DNA from: Octopus sinensis
Taxonomy: Eukaryota
Assembly (NCBI RefSeq): GCF_006345805.1
Contig: NC_043000.1
Coordinates: 93,620,001 to 93,684,000, forward strand
Direction of reading: 5' to 3'
DNA: 64,000 bases
In this document: positions 37,998 through 50,880 of the stretch, one piece after another
How the letters are laid out: each line of letters opens with the position of its first letter
Position numbering within the stretch: the stretch's first letter is position 1
Notes under the pieces: generated by a model
Databases searched by the model: none
What the model saw: only the letters and a program-made list of their open reading frames with translations
Told to the model about the DNA's origin: nothing
Position numbers and translations under genes: made by a program

Positions 37998-38946
37998 AAT
38001 AACAGTATATAGACAGATTGAGAAGAAGCAGAGAGAAAAACCAGTCTCCTTTGAAGGAAGAGAGCAATAGTGCTGTAGTGAGAGTCCAGAGAGTGGAAGA
38101 ATGCATTTGTGCAGAGAAGCAGAGAAGTACTTTTGGATGAAGAGTAAGAAGGAGAGAGATGTCTGGAGAAGGGAGGGAGGGTGAAAAGAAGGAAGGAAGG
38201 AAGGAAGGAATATTGGTTTGGGTTAGGAATAGAATCTGCTTGTTATATTATCTTTGGAGCAGTGTGTAGAAGAAGCAGGGCACCGCTAGATACTATTGGA
38301 TGAATTCTAACATGATGTGACTGTTATATCAAGCATACGGCGGCGCCTTGGACTGTGAAAGAACAGCATGCCTTTTGTCCATCTCTGCAGATAAGACTCA
38401 AAACTGAATTCTCAGATTTTTTTTCTTCTTCCTTAGTCTCTCTCTTTCTCACACACACTCTCTCTCTCTCTGTATTGGACATTGTTTAACCTGTTTCTCC
38501 CACACACATACCCACATATATGCATACACACACGTTGATACACACACACATACAAAAAACATGTATACACTCTCATGCATATATACATGTGGCTTGTATG
38601 GTGTTTTAAAAATATCATAGACAAATCTGAAAACAGAACCAAACGGTTGTGTTTCCTTTTAAGGGACAAGAAAAGAAGAAATTAGAAAGAAGAAGAAAAG
38701 AAAACAAAAAAGAAAAAGAAATCCCTCTCCACTCCACCACCACGATCACATTGCTAAAAATATTTTCTTTGACTCATGAGCTGTTTAGGGGAGATAATGA
38801 GGTGAGGGGGTATGTTGCTTATGGTGGTGTGTGTCAGGTTTACAAAAGTGAAGTTTTAGAAGAAGAGAGATGAATATTTTTCTATTGAAAAGAACAGAAA
38901 TTGAATTAAAAGCAAGAAAAAATATAATGGAATAAATTACTATTAC

Positions 38947-38994
<48 letters not shown>

Positions 38995-39021
38995 CATCAT
39001 CATCATCGTCATGGTCATCAT

Positions 39022-39238
39022 AAGGTTGTGAGCTAGCAAAATCTTTAGCATGTTAGCGAAAATGCTTAGTGGTATTTTATCTGTCTTTATGCTCTGCGTT
39101 CAAATTCTGCCAAGGTTGACTTTGCCTTTCATCCTTTTGCGGGTTGATTAAATAAGTACCAGTTATGTACTGGAGTCGATGTAATCAACAAAGCACACCC
39201 CTCTCAAATTTCAGGCCTTGTACCTGTAGTAGAAAAGA
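39022..39238 (+). mobile_element. SINE family C
   Basis: gttcaaattctgccaaggttgactttgcctttcatcc; (ATT)n tail. Confidence 0.8.
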
Positions 39239-39708
39239 TTATTATTATTATTATTATTATCATGAGGTGCCAAAATTGACTTAACCTTTCTTCTTTCAGG
39301 GTTGAAAAAGTAAGTACCAAGTCAAGCACTGGGTGGGGGTAGGTTGTTGATGTAATTGATCTCCCTGCTGCACCAACTGCTGGCCTTGCCCTAAAATTTG
39401 AAACCATTATTATTTGTTACATTTTTCGCTGTTTTCTAATGTTTACACGGACCTTTCTTTTTCGCAAAACCCTTTGTACTTTTCGTCCTGTGTTTGTCCT
39501 TACATGTTTTTTGATTTATGTTAGCCCTTGTGGCCAATAAAACCAGAATTAATTATTATTATTATCATCATCATTATTATCATTATTATTCATGCAGCAT
39601 TTCGTCCATCTGAGTTCAAATTCTGATGAGGTCAACTTTGCCTTTCATCCTTTTGTGGGTCGATGAAATAAGTACTATTTGAATACTGGGGTCATTGTAG
39701 GTAACCTT

Positions 39709-39936
39709 TTTCTTTATTACCCACAATGGGCTAAACACAGAGAGGACAAACAAGGACAGACAAACGTATTAAGTCGATTATATCGACCCCAGTGCGTAAC
39801 TGGTACTTATTTAATCGACCCCGAAAGGGTGAAAGGCAAAGTCGACCTCGGCGGAATTTGAACTCAGAACGTAGCGGCAGACGAAATACCGCAAAGCATT
39901 TTGCCTGGCATGCTAACGTTTCTGCCAGCTCGCCTT
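39709..39936 (-). mobile_element. tRNA-derived SINE, family C, full length and little diverged
   Basis: Reverse strand reads aaggcgagctggcagaaacgttagc...gttctgagttcaaattccgccgaggtcgactttgcctttc, with a B box; many related copies. Confidence 0.88.
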
Positions 39937-40889
39937 GTGCCAAAACTTTGAAACCATTATTCTAAGGTGGTGAACTAGCAGAATTTTTAGCATGCTGAGC
40001 AAATTGCTTGGCGGCATTCCTTCCAGCTCTTTACATTCTGAGTCTAAATTCTACCAAGGATAACATTGTTTTCTATCCTTTCACAGTTGACAAAATAAGT
40101 ACCAACCAAAGACACAACCGTCTTGTCTTCTGTATTGTGGTTCTCTATTCCCTTCTCTTTCTCTAAGTAAATGACACTTTGTACTTTAAGTACACTTCTG
40201 ACCATAGGCTCTTTTAGCTTTCATACCTTCATTTGCTAGATTACCTCGCATCTCTGAGTCCATCTAACTCTTTTCCTGAGGAAGCCCTACATCCGAACGA
40301 CTATATTGCTGTTGTCAAACCTGCTCACAGAAGTCATCAAAAATTGATAATTTAATCTCTGTATTCTCTGCTCTTTCTCAACCATGTTCGTCTCTGTTGC
40401 TGTTTGTGTTGTCTTATAATTAATTAGTCTTAGATTAAATACTCTGTCATGTATTTTGATTAACTCAGTCACTTCATTTTTCCATTTCTCTGCTTAAAAT
40501 ATGCCTGCTCCACTAACTATAGTGCTGTTATCCACCTATAAGCATTTTTACCTGTATTCTTGTATTTTTACCTGAATCCTTTGTCTGTGAGAAAAGGTGG
40601 CTGAGGTTCCCTGTACACTATATATGCATATATATATATACGCATGTATTTATATATGCTTTTCTATGTTTGTGTCTTTGTATGTGTGTATATATATATG
40701 TGTCTATATGAATTTGTGTGTATATACACACACTCATACTTATACATACATTCACACACTTTCATACAAATATTGATTTATCCTGTCACCATGATATTCT
40801 ATTCCATCTTTTTTAACATTAAATTATTTTTCTAAAACACCAATGGACTTATCTATATGATAAAGTTTGAGAAAGTATGCATGTAAATG

Positions 40890-40983
<94 letters not shown>

Positions 40984-41125
40984 GATAGATAGATGTTTTT
41001 ATGTATATTTGTCTGCATATCATGTATATTTATGGGCTTATATACACAGACTGGACATTGAAAATATTTGCTTAACCTTCATCTCATCATTATTATTATT
41101 ATTATTACTATTATTATTATTATTA

Positions 41126-41185
<60 letters not shown>

Positions 41186-41679
41186 GGTTTTTTTTTTGGT
41201 GTTGTTTTCGTTCTTCTTTTCCCAATATTAAAATATCAAAGAACTTTTGCATTATATCAAGAGGGCATAGACATTTTTATCTCAGAACAATCAGAGATGA
41301 CATTCAAGCAAAGTCTTGTGTTCCTTAGAATCTTGTTCCTTCATCCAGTCAATTTTATTTTCCTTTTTAATCTATTGATAGTACTCACTTATAAGCTACT
41401 CAGCATCTCTGTCTCTCCCTTTCTCTCTGCCTCTCATACACATACACAATATTATATCTCAACACACACACACACTCACTCACACACATTAAGATATTCT
41501 CTAACATACTGTTACCACTTGTTCCCCTCGAGTCCCTCTCTATAGATAATATATTCTGATTTTCAATAGACATTTTCCCCCAACCAAAGAATACTAGAAT
41601 AAGTTGTTCATTGCTCTGTAATTGATTATAAAGGATGGGAGTAAACAATTAACTGGAATCATTAGCATATCTTCCCCTT

Positions 41680-42340
<661 letters not shown>

Positions 42341-42589
42341 TTGTCTGTCTGTCTGTCTATCCATCTATCTATCTGTCTGCCTGTTTGTCTGTCTGTCCAT
42401 TTATCTGTCTTGTATTTAAGAAGCTCACTCTCGACTATGTGGTTCAGACTTCAGTCTGACAGCATGGCTCCTTGGGCAAGTATCTTCTACTATAACTACC
42501 CTCTGCCATACAGTTCTATATTTAAGACATGAGGAATTATGTACATTATTTACATTTGATGGATATTTGTCCTCATCTTGTTTGTTGTT

Positions 42590-42634
42590 AACACAACATT
42601 TTGGCTGATATACTCTCCAGCCTTCTTCAGTTGT
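42590..42634 (-). ncRNA. Decayed hammerhead motif in the inverted arm
   Basis: Minus strand GACAA-CTGAAGA-A-GGCTG-gagagtatat-CAGCC-AAAA-TGTT-GTGTT; G12 is lost. Confidence 0.55.
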
Positions 42635-42694
42635 CTTGGGGACATACCTTAGGAATACCATAGGAATGAGAACCCAGGTTCGAAATTTCCCCAA

Positions 42695-42740
42695 GGCACC
42701 TGATGAAGGCTGGAGGGTATCTCAGCCGAAACATTGTGTT
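42695..42740 (+). ncRNA. Minimal type I hammerhead ribozyme motif (stem III palindrome decayed)
   Basis: GGCAC-CTGATGA-A-GGCTG-gagggtatct-CAGCC-GAAA-CATT-GTGTT. Stems I and II pair and the core is intact; AACGTT is altered to AACATT. Confidence 0.72.
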
Positions 42741-43033
42741 AACAACAAACAAGATGAGGACAAATATCCGTCAAATGTAAATAATGTAAATAATGTACCC
42801 TCTGCCAGTTTAACTAATGATTTGTGAATGAATTTGATGTATGGAAACTATGTAGAAGCTTGTTACATATATATTCATGTGTGTGTTTGTGTTTGTCTCT
42901 GCCCTGCCCCCACCATTGCTTTACGATCAGTGTTGGTTTGGTTCTGTCCTTGTAACTTACCAGTTCAGCAAAAGAGACCAAAATACCTTAGGAATACCAT
43001 AGGAATGAGAACCCAGGTTCGAAATTTCCCCAA

Positions 43034-43079
43034 GACACCTGATGAAGGCTGGAGGGTATCTCAGCCGAAACATTGTGTT
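43034..43079 (+). ncRNA. Minimal type I hammerhead ribozyme motif, second tandem copy
   Basis: GACAC-CTGATGA-A-GGCTG-gagggtatct-CAGCC-GAAA-CATT-GTGTT, 339 nt after the first copy. Confidence 0.72.
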
Positions 43080-43726
43080 AACAACAAACAAGATGGGGAC
43101 AAATATCTGTCAAATGTAAATAATGTAAATAATGTACCCTCTGCCAGTTTAACTAATGATTTGTGAATGAATTTGATGTATGGAAACTATGTAGAAGCTT
43201 GTTACATATATATTCATGTGTGTGTTTGTGTTTGTCTCTGCCCTGCCCCCACCATTGCTTTACAATCAGTGTTGGTTTGGTTCTGTCCTTGTAACTTAAC
43301 AGTTCAGCAAAAGAGACCAAAATTATAAGTACCAGATTTGAAAAGAAGGTACTGGGGGAAATTTGTTCAGCCATATCCTTCAAGGTGGTGCCCCAGCATG
43401 GCCATAGTCCATTTTAGTTTTCCAAGTGGTGAGAATGTACATAATGTACATAATTCCTCATGTCTTAAATATAGAACTGTATGGCAGAGGGTAGTTACAG
43501 TAAAGATACTTGCCCAAGGATCCATGCTGTCAGACTGAAGTCTGAACCACATAGTCGAGAGTGAGCTTCTTAAATACAAGACAGATAAATGGACAGACAG
43601 ACAAACAGGCAGACAGATAGATAGATGGATAGACAGACAGACAGACAAAGCATGAAACAAGTAAAAGTTAAATGGTACAAAGACGCATTTGTATGTGTAA
43701 TGGAGATTCTGACAGCTTGTCTCTCT

Positions 43727-43758
<32 letters not shown>

Positions 43759-43763
43759 ATATA

Positions 43764-44030
43764 TTTGTATGTATGTATGTATGTATGCATGCATATATAT
43801 ATATTCACACACACTCAGTACATGAGAGACTATTTTGCATTTTTATCAAAACATTCCAGCTATGACCATCTCATCTGAGAATTGTTATCGCTGGATTGCT
43901 ATGGACTACATTATCCAATATATGGTTAGAAAGAAATGTAGCCACTACTTCCAGCAGGTCAAGCAACAGCATATAAATTAGCTTGTGTTGATTACTATTT
44001 TGTTTTATTTGTTTATTATAAATGAACTAT

Positions 44031-44067
<37 letters not shown>

Positions 44068-44327
44068 TTGTATGTATGTATGTATGTATGCATGCATATA
44101 TATATATTCACACACACTCAGTACATGAGAGACTATTTTGCATTTTTATCAAAACATTCCAGCTATGACCATCTCATCTGAGAATTGTTATCGCTGGATT
44201 GCTATGGACTACATTATCCAATATATGGTTAGAAAGAAATGTAGCCACTACTTCCAGCAGGTCAAGCAACAGCATATAAATTAGCTTGTGTTGATTACTA
44301 TTTTGTTTTATTTGTTTATTATAAATG

Positions 44328-44332
<5 letters not shown>
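43764..44332 (+). repeat. Direct duplication, period 303 bp, bounded by (TA)n
   Basis: 43764-44030 appears identical to 44067-44332. Confidence 0.93.
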
Positions 44333-44367
<35 letters not shown>

Positions 44368-44726
44368 GAATAAAAAAGAAACATAAGAGAATATAAAAAA
44401 ATAAACAAAATAAATTTAGTCATGTTTCATCATCATGTTTATCAGCTTCACAAGTTTGGTAACCATATTGCAATTTAGACATGCCACATGTCTAAAGAGT
44501 TGAATAAATCTCCATATGAGACATGGAATCAAAGAAACAGAAATGAGTAAATAAATTATGCTTGCTTTGGATGTGTGTTCTTCATGGTTTTGGATAAAAA
44601 ATTTTTTTGTTTGTCAGACTCTCTTTGACAGTGTCGCATTAATATGTCTCTTTCTCTCATTCTCACCACTTGGAAAACTAAAACTGACCCCACCCCCACT
44701 ACAAATGATGATGATGATGATGATAC

Positions 44727-44757
<31 letters not shown>

Positions 44758-44764
44758 GTAGTAG

Positions 44765-45019
44765 TAATCCCTTCAACTAAAGGCACAAGGCCTGAAATTT
44801 AGAGGGAGGGGTTAAGTTGATTGCATTGACTCCCGATGCCCAACTTGTACTTCATTTTATCGACTGTGAAAGGACGAAAGACAAAGTTGACCCCTGTGGA
44901 GTTTGAACTCAGACTGTAAAGACAGGCGAAATACTTCTAAGCATTGTGTCTAGCATGCTAATAATTCTTCCAGTCCACAACCTTAAGACTAATAATAATA
45001 ATAATAATAATGATAATAA

Positions 45020-45054
<35 letters not shown>

Positions 45055-46130
45055 TGAGAGAGTAGTACATGCCATCAAAATAATGCTGAGGAACAGATAT
45101 ATGAAACCCAATATACCCTTTATGACTACCTATCTGATAAGGATACATAAGGCATATGCATCACAACCATATATGTACAACATGGTGGCCTCATATCAAG
45201 ATAAACAGTACACGACCTTGCAGGTGGGACTCAGTTAGAATTTTCTTCTGGTTGAGTGGCCCACCCTACTCAAAAGTTACCCCGAAAGGATGAAAGGCAA
45301 AGTTGACCTCAGTGGAATTTGAACTCAGAACACAGCAGCGGACAAAATGCCACAAAGCATTTCGCCCGGCATGCTAACGTTTCTGCCAGCTCGCTGCCAT
45401 ATCAAATCTAGTGCTTGACTGGTATTCCATTTAATCGACCCTGAACTGTTGAGAGGCAAAATTGGCCATGGCAAGATTTGAGCTCAGAACATTAAAGAGT
45501 CAGATGGAAGTACTTCTAAGTATTTAGTCCAGCACCCTAATGATTGTCAACTTGCCATCTTAATAATGATATTTTACTAACCACCACCACCACCACTGCC
45601 GCTATCACCATCATAATAACAACATCAACAACAGTAACAGCAATACTCCTTATGGCTATAGACACAGCCTGAAATTGTTGAGGAGGGAGATTAGTTGATT
45701 ACATCGATCCCAATGTTTCCCTGGTACTTAATCAAAAACAACAGCAACAACAACAACAATAACAATAATAATAATAATAATAATCCTTTCTACTGGAGGC
45801 ACAAGGCATCAAATTTGTGAGGAGGGGACTAGTCGAGTACATTGACCCTAGTGTTTCACTGGTACTTAATTTATCGACCCCTGGAAGGATGAAAGGCAAA
45901 GTTAACCTTAGCGGACTACACTACTAATAGCAACAACAATTATAATAATAATAAACCTTTCTACTGGAGGCACAAGGCATCAAATTTGTGGGAAGGGGAC
46001 TTAATTTACTGATCTCCAAAAAATGAAACACTAGTTCGACCCCAGCAGAATTTGAACTCAGAACGTAATGACAGGTGAAATGCCGCTAAGGATTTTGTTC
46101 AGCATGCTAACGATTCAGCCAACTTGCCAC
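44765..46130 (-). mobile_element. Cluster of about five SINE family C copies or fragments with a family E fragment and (AAT)n
   Basis: Repeated gaaaggatgaaaggcaaagttgacc / tttgaactcagaac at about 44870, 45285, 45470, 45890 and 46050. Confidence 0.75.
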
Positions 46131-46366
46131 CATTTAATAATAATATTTTACTAACCACCATCACCACCACAACAACAACAGCAATAATAATAATTAGAAT
46201 GATAATAATAATAATAAAGAAGCAAATAGAAATATGAAATCACATCAATAGTGTTAACAATAGAAAAACAATAGATAAATATTGATCCACTGAAAATTTT
46301 GTAAAATTTTCTTCATTTATCTTCAGTTCAGTTTCATTCGTTTTTCTTTGAGTCTTCTTTTTATTT

Positions 46367-46397
<31 letters not shown>

Positions 46398-46398
46398 A

Positions 46399-46447
<49 letters not shown>

Positions 46448-46548
46448 TGATCTTTTTTTTTTATTTCTTCTTCCAAAATACATTGGATTTGTTGTAGAAA
46501 TCTCCTGACATCATTGTTTTTGCTTGTAGTATGGTTGGCATTGTACCA

Positions 46549-46623
<75 letters not shown>

Positions 46624-47099
46624 TATAATATACACATGCATACTCATATATATATGTCTGCAACTACTTGTACAGCAACTACTTGTAAGCTGTGGTGGCG
46701 GTGATCAGAGAAATGGTAGTTGCAGTGAAGGGTGTTGGTGGTATTGGAGTGTTCATAGTATAGGAAGGTGGTAGAGGTTGTACAATTATTATATAGCATA
46801 ACTGATAAATCTAGCATGTGTATATGTGTATGTGTGTGTGTGTGTGTTTTAGCTTCAGACCATTTGATTTATTTATGTATTTATTAATTTATTATTGTTT
46901 TTTTTTGTTTTCTAAATTATATTATCTAAGGGTCAGTCTGCCTATGTAGGCAAACATTTTGGCTAGATGCCCCCCCCCCGTCACTCTACCATCCCCCTCT
47001 TCCTAGTTCATTCTTCCTTCGCCGCCCCACCTCTCTCCTTCCATCCCCACCCTTATGATCTCTGCCATCCTAACCCCACCACTGCCACCACCACCACAC

Positions 47100-47270
47100 A
47101 CACACCTGCAGATAATCAGTTAGCGGTCCATTGGCCGGCTGGCGGGGCGGTTATGGCCTGGTCTGGTCGGGTCGGGTCGGGTTTGTTAGTGGGTCATGGT
47201 ACTGCAGTGAAAACAGTCACTGATTTGAAGAGCTGGCTTGATTTCCTTTGCGCTACTAATCAAGGAGAGC
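47100..47270. promoter_or_regulatory. GC/CpG-rich island with promoter-like motifs
   Basis: CACCTG 47103, AGATAA 47110, ATTGG 47130, GGGGCGG 47144. Motif evidence only. Confidence 0.3.
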
Positions 47271-47320
47271 CATTAATTATTGGTGTTTCTTCTCCTCCCT
47301 TTTCTTCTCATCTCTGCACG

Positions 47321-47357
<37 letters not shown>

Positions 47358-47446
47358 GCAAGCACATACATGCATACATGCACACACACATTCACTCACA
47401 CGCTTTTCGCTCTCTCTCCTCTCTCACATTCTCCCTTTCTCTCTCA

Positions 47447-47477
<31 letters not shown>

Positions 47478-47808
47478 AGTCTCTCTCGCTTTCCCCCCTA
47501 CTCTCTTTTATCTGTTTCCTTTGATCTCCTTTTATCAATAAATTCTATTATATTTTTATATCTACAAATCAAGGTTAAATGAATATAGCACTCATATTTG
47601 GCTAATTTCTACTTGAAGGAGACACAAACGTTTTAGTCGGTTGCTGCAATGGGGTGGAGGAGCAGGATTTGGTGTTGGGTGCCAGCATAGAGACAAACAT
47701 ACAGAAAAACAACCAAAATATGTGCACAACAGATTATAGGGTGTTCAGAAAATATATCTCAGTTTTGGAGGGATTTCCTTTCTGACATTGTCCAAAAATA
47801 TTTAAAAA

Positions 47809-47847
<39 letters not shown>

Positions 47848-48374
47848 CATAGACAGTAGTTGCTGCTGCTGTTGTTGTTTGGACCTTGACTGGCCTTGAT
47901 TGGACTTGTTTAATTATGATCAACCACATTCCAGCTATGACCATCCCTGTCACTAACTTTTTTTCAGACTCAGAGTCGCTAGGACTATGTTATTTGTTGG
48001 TGGGTCCTTAACATTTTAATTCAGCACTATTTCTATCAGGCCATGTGACTATGTAAAAAATCCCAGTTGGCTCACTAATACAGTGTTGTTGTTGTTGGTG
48101 GTAGTGGTGGTGTTTAGCCTCAGGTCAAATCCTCATCAAGCTGTTATCATGAGCTATTATCAAAAGCATTTTTGCTGTTGCCATCCCCATATTTTCTCGG
48201 TCATAGGAAATCTAAAACAAGCATTATACAACCTAACCTTCCTTTTTTTATCCTAGAGATAGTAAGGCTGGATTTGAAGAAAATTTAGTTGCCACTTTTA
48301 GGAGTTTGTGTGACCACATAGGGAATGCCATCATTAACTTGCCTGTACACTATATAGGTTTCAAATACAGCACA

Positions 48375-48560
48375 AGGCCAGCAATTTCAGGGGAGAGAAT
48401 AAGTTGATTATACCAACCCCAGTACTCAACTATGTAATTTCATCAACCCCGAAAGAACAAAAGACAAAGTTGACCTCGGCAAAATTTGAACTCAGAATGT
48501 AAACGCAGACGACATACCACAGCATTTTGCCTGGCATGCTAATGATTCTGCCCCTGCCAG
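48375..48560 (-). mobile_element. SINE family C
   Basis: aaagttgacctcggcaaaatttgaactcagaatg. Confidence 0.75.
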
Positions 48561-49134
48561 CTTACTACCTTCTCCTGTACACTTTATTACAATGATTATT
48601 GTCGTTTGATGTTTCCAGAGGATTTTGTTGTCCTTTCTTCACATCAAATCACTCCTATTCATGTATTTATTCTATTTGATAAATGATATTCAAACTTGGT
48701 TGTTAATGGCTTAAACTGTTATTACATATTCACCTAAAGAGTGTTGCCTTAACAATGATATTAGTTCTATGGTTACATATCATATAAAATACTAAAAACA
48801 AAAGGCAGCTTTCATCATTTATCTTTTATCATTGGACTGCAGCCATGCAGGAATGCCTCCTTGAAAGATTCTAGTTAAGTGAATCAGTCCAAGTACTTTA
48901 TTTTTTTAAAGTCTTGTATTTGCTACTTTCACTTTCTGTCTGGCAAATCTGCTCTCAAGGGTTTGGTCAGCCTGGGGTTTTAGTAGAAGATGCTTGTTTG
49001 TTCAAGTTGGCAATCAGTGAGACTGAACTCAGAAACATGCAGTTGGCAAACAAGCTTTTTTTATCATACTACAGTGCCTGTTGATGTTTTCACCATCACA
49101 AAATAAACTGGAGAAGTGTTTTATACTATAATTC

Positions 49135-49650
49135 ATCATCATCATTTAACGTCTACTTTCCATGCTGGCATGGGTTAGACGGTCTGACTAAGGATTGGCA
49201 AGCCAGTAAGCTGCTCCAATCTGATCTGGCAAGGTTTATACAGCTGGATACCCTTCTTAACGCCAACCATTCTGAGAGTGTAGTGTGTGCTTTTTACATG
49301 TGACCAGCATGGGAACCAGTCAGATGGCACTGGCATTGACCATATTCTGATGGTGCTTTTACATGTCATCGGTATGGGAGCCAGTCAGGGGGCACTGACA
49401 TTGATCATCGGAATGTGCCTTTTATGTGCCACCAACATGGGGAACCAGTTGGTGAGGGCACAGGCATCGAACACATTTGAATGGTGCTTTTTACGTACCA
49501 CCGACGCGAGGAGCCAGTCAGGCAGCATTGGCATTGACCCACACTTGAATGGTGCTTATTACATTCCACCAGCACAGGTGCCAGTCAGACAGCTCTGGCA
49601 TCGGCCACAACCACAATTTTATTTGACTCAACAGGTCTTCTCAAGCACAG
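49135..49650 (-). mobile_element. Family D repeat with five internal units
   Basis: Reverse core ggatacccttcttaacgcc followed by five tggtgcttttac units about 67 nt apart. Confidence 0.78.
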
Positions 49651-50559
49651 TGTTAGGAAACAGTATTACAGACTACCAGGCAGTATTCATCATCATCATC
49701 ATCATCATCATCATCTTTCAATGTTTGTTTTCTATGCTGGCATGGGTTAGAGAATTTGACCAGAGCTGGCAAGTCAGAGGTCTGAATGCACCAGGCTCTT
49801 GTCATCTGTTTTGGTATGATTTCTACAGCTGGATGCCCTTCCTGTTCCCTGCATACAACAAAATATGTTGCAGTATTAGTACTTAGTTACTTCCCTTTAT
49901 GTTCTGAGTTCAGATACTACCAAGGTAAACAAAACCATAAAGACTGAAGACAGGCACTTTCCTCTTCAGCCTCTGAAGGTAAACACTGAGAATGTAGTAT
50001 TGTCTTTTAGAAAGATGTTTGAAAGAGTTTAAAGTGGCCAGGGACTACTTTTAGTTAATGAGACTATGTCTCTAGGCTGGTGATTACAGCTGGGAAAGGT
50101 CACTTGCCCTTTGGGGGCGGGATTCAATGTTATCCTTCATCTGTGGAGTTTCTTGATTGGTCCTTATTGTGAATTCTCATTTCATTTCTTTTATATACTT
50201 TCTTTGTTTTCTGTGCCCGTCCATTTTGGTTTTTTATATTTCCTCCATTATCAATTCAGTAAAAATCTTCACCATTCTTTTGTAATTTGTCCTTGCATTA
50301 TTCTGTCATCCATTGCACTTGTAGCGTATAACAAGAAATTATTATCATCAGTAGTAGTACTAGTAGTAGTAGTAGTAGTATTGTAAAAGAAGTTGTTGCT
50401 GTTGTTTATTTCCTGAACTGAATCTGTTTCGCTTCACTTGTATTGCTAATAACCTGAGAAGGAAACCTAGGCATTGCAACTGGTTTCTTCTTCTGTGTGT
50501 GTGTGTGTATTTGTGTAAAATTGCACATCCCATGCTTCTGTTAAAGCATTTCTTATCCT

Positions 50560-50880
50560 TCCTCCTCCTCTTCCTCATCATTTTCTTCTTTTTCTTCTTC
50601 TTCTTCTTCTTCTTCTTCTTCTTCTTCTCTTCTCTTCTTCTTCCATTCATCTACTCTTCTTCCTTTTCTCCTCATTTGTTCTTCCTCCTCTTCTTCCCCT
50701 CTTCCCCTCCTCCTCTTCTTTTCCATATTCTCCTCATCTCCTCTTCTTTTCTTCCTTTTCTCTTCCCAGCTTCTTCTTAGAACTACAACTACTACTACTA
50801 CTACTAGTCTATACATCATCATCATCATCATCATCATCATCCCCATCACCATCCTCATCGTCATCATCATCATTGTCGTC
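50560..50880. repeat. (CTT)n/(CCT)n/(ACT)n/(CAT)n compound microsatellite
   Basis: Direct reading. Confidence 0.9.

Larger units (their letters stand above)
42509..42795 (+). mobile_element. Penelope-like pseudo-LTR fragment with an inverted 5' part and a 12-bp TSD
   Basis: TACCCTCTGCCA at 42497-42508 and 42796-42807; 42542-42642 is the reverse complement of 42688-42788; contains a hammerhead motif. The Penelope-like class is inferred from the ribozyme and the inversion; no RT or GIY-YIG sequence is seen. Confidence 0.6.
42644..43321 (+). repeat. Tandem direct duplication, 2 x 339 bp
   Basis: 42644-42982 versus 42983-43321; five substitutions seen. Confidence 0.95.
42412..43410 (+). mobile_element. 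SINE family B copy interrupted by a Penelope-like insertion and a tandem duplication
   Basis: Head and core at 42412-42508, resuming at 42796 after the duplicated TACCCTCTGCCA; tail ccccagcatggccatagtc at about 43390-43410. Confidence 0.7.

Noticed and set aside
46967-47524. 185-aa ORF across the GC island
   Set aside because: Both ends are low-complexity (ACC, CA, CT repeats) and the middle resembles no protein family I recognise.
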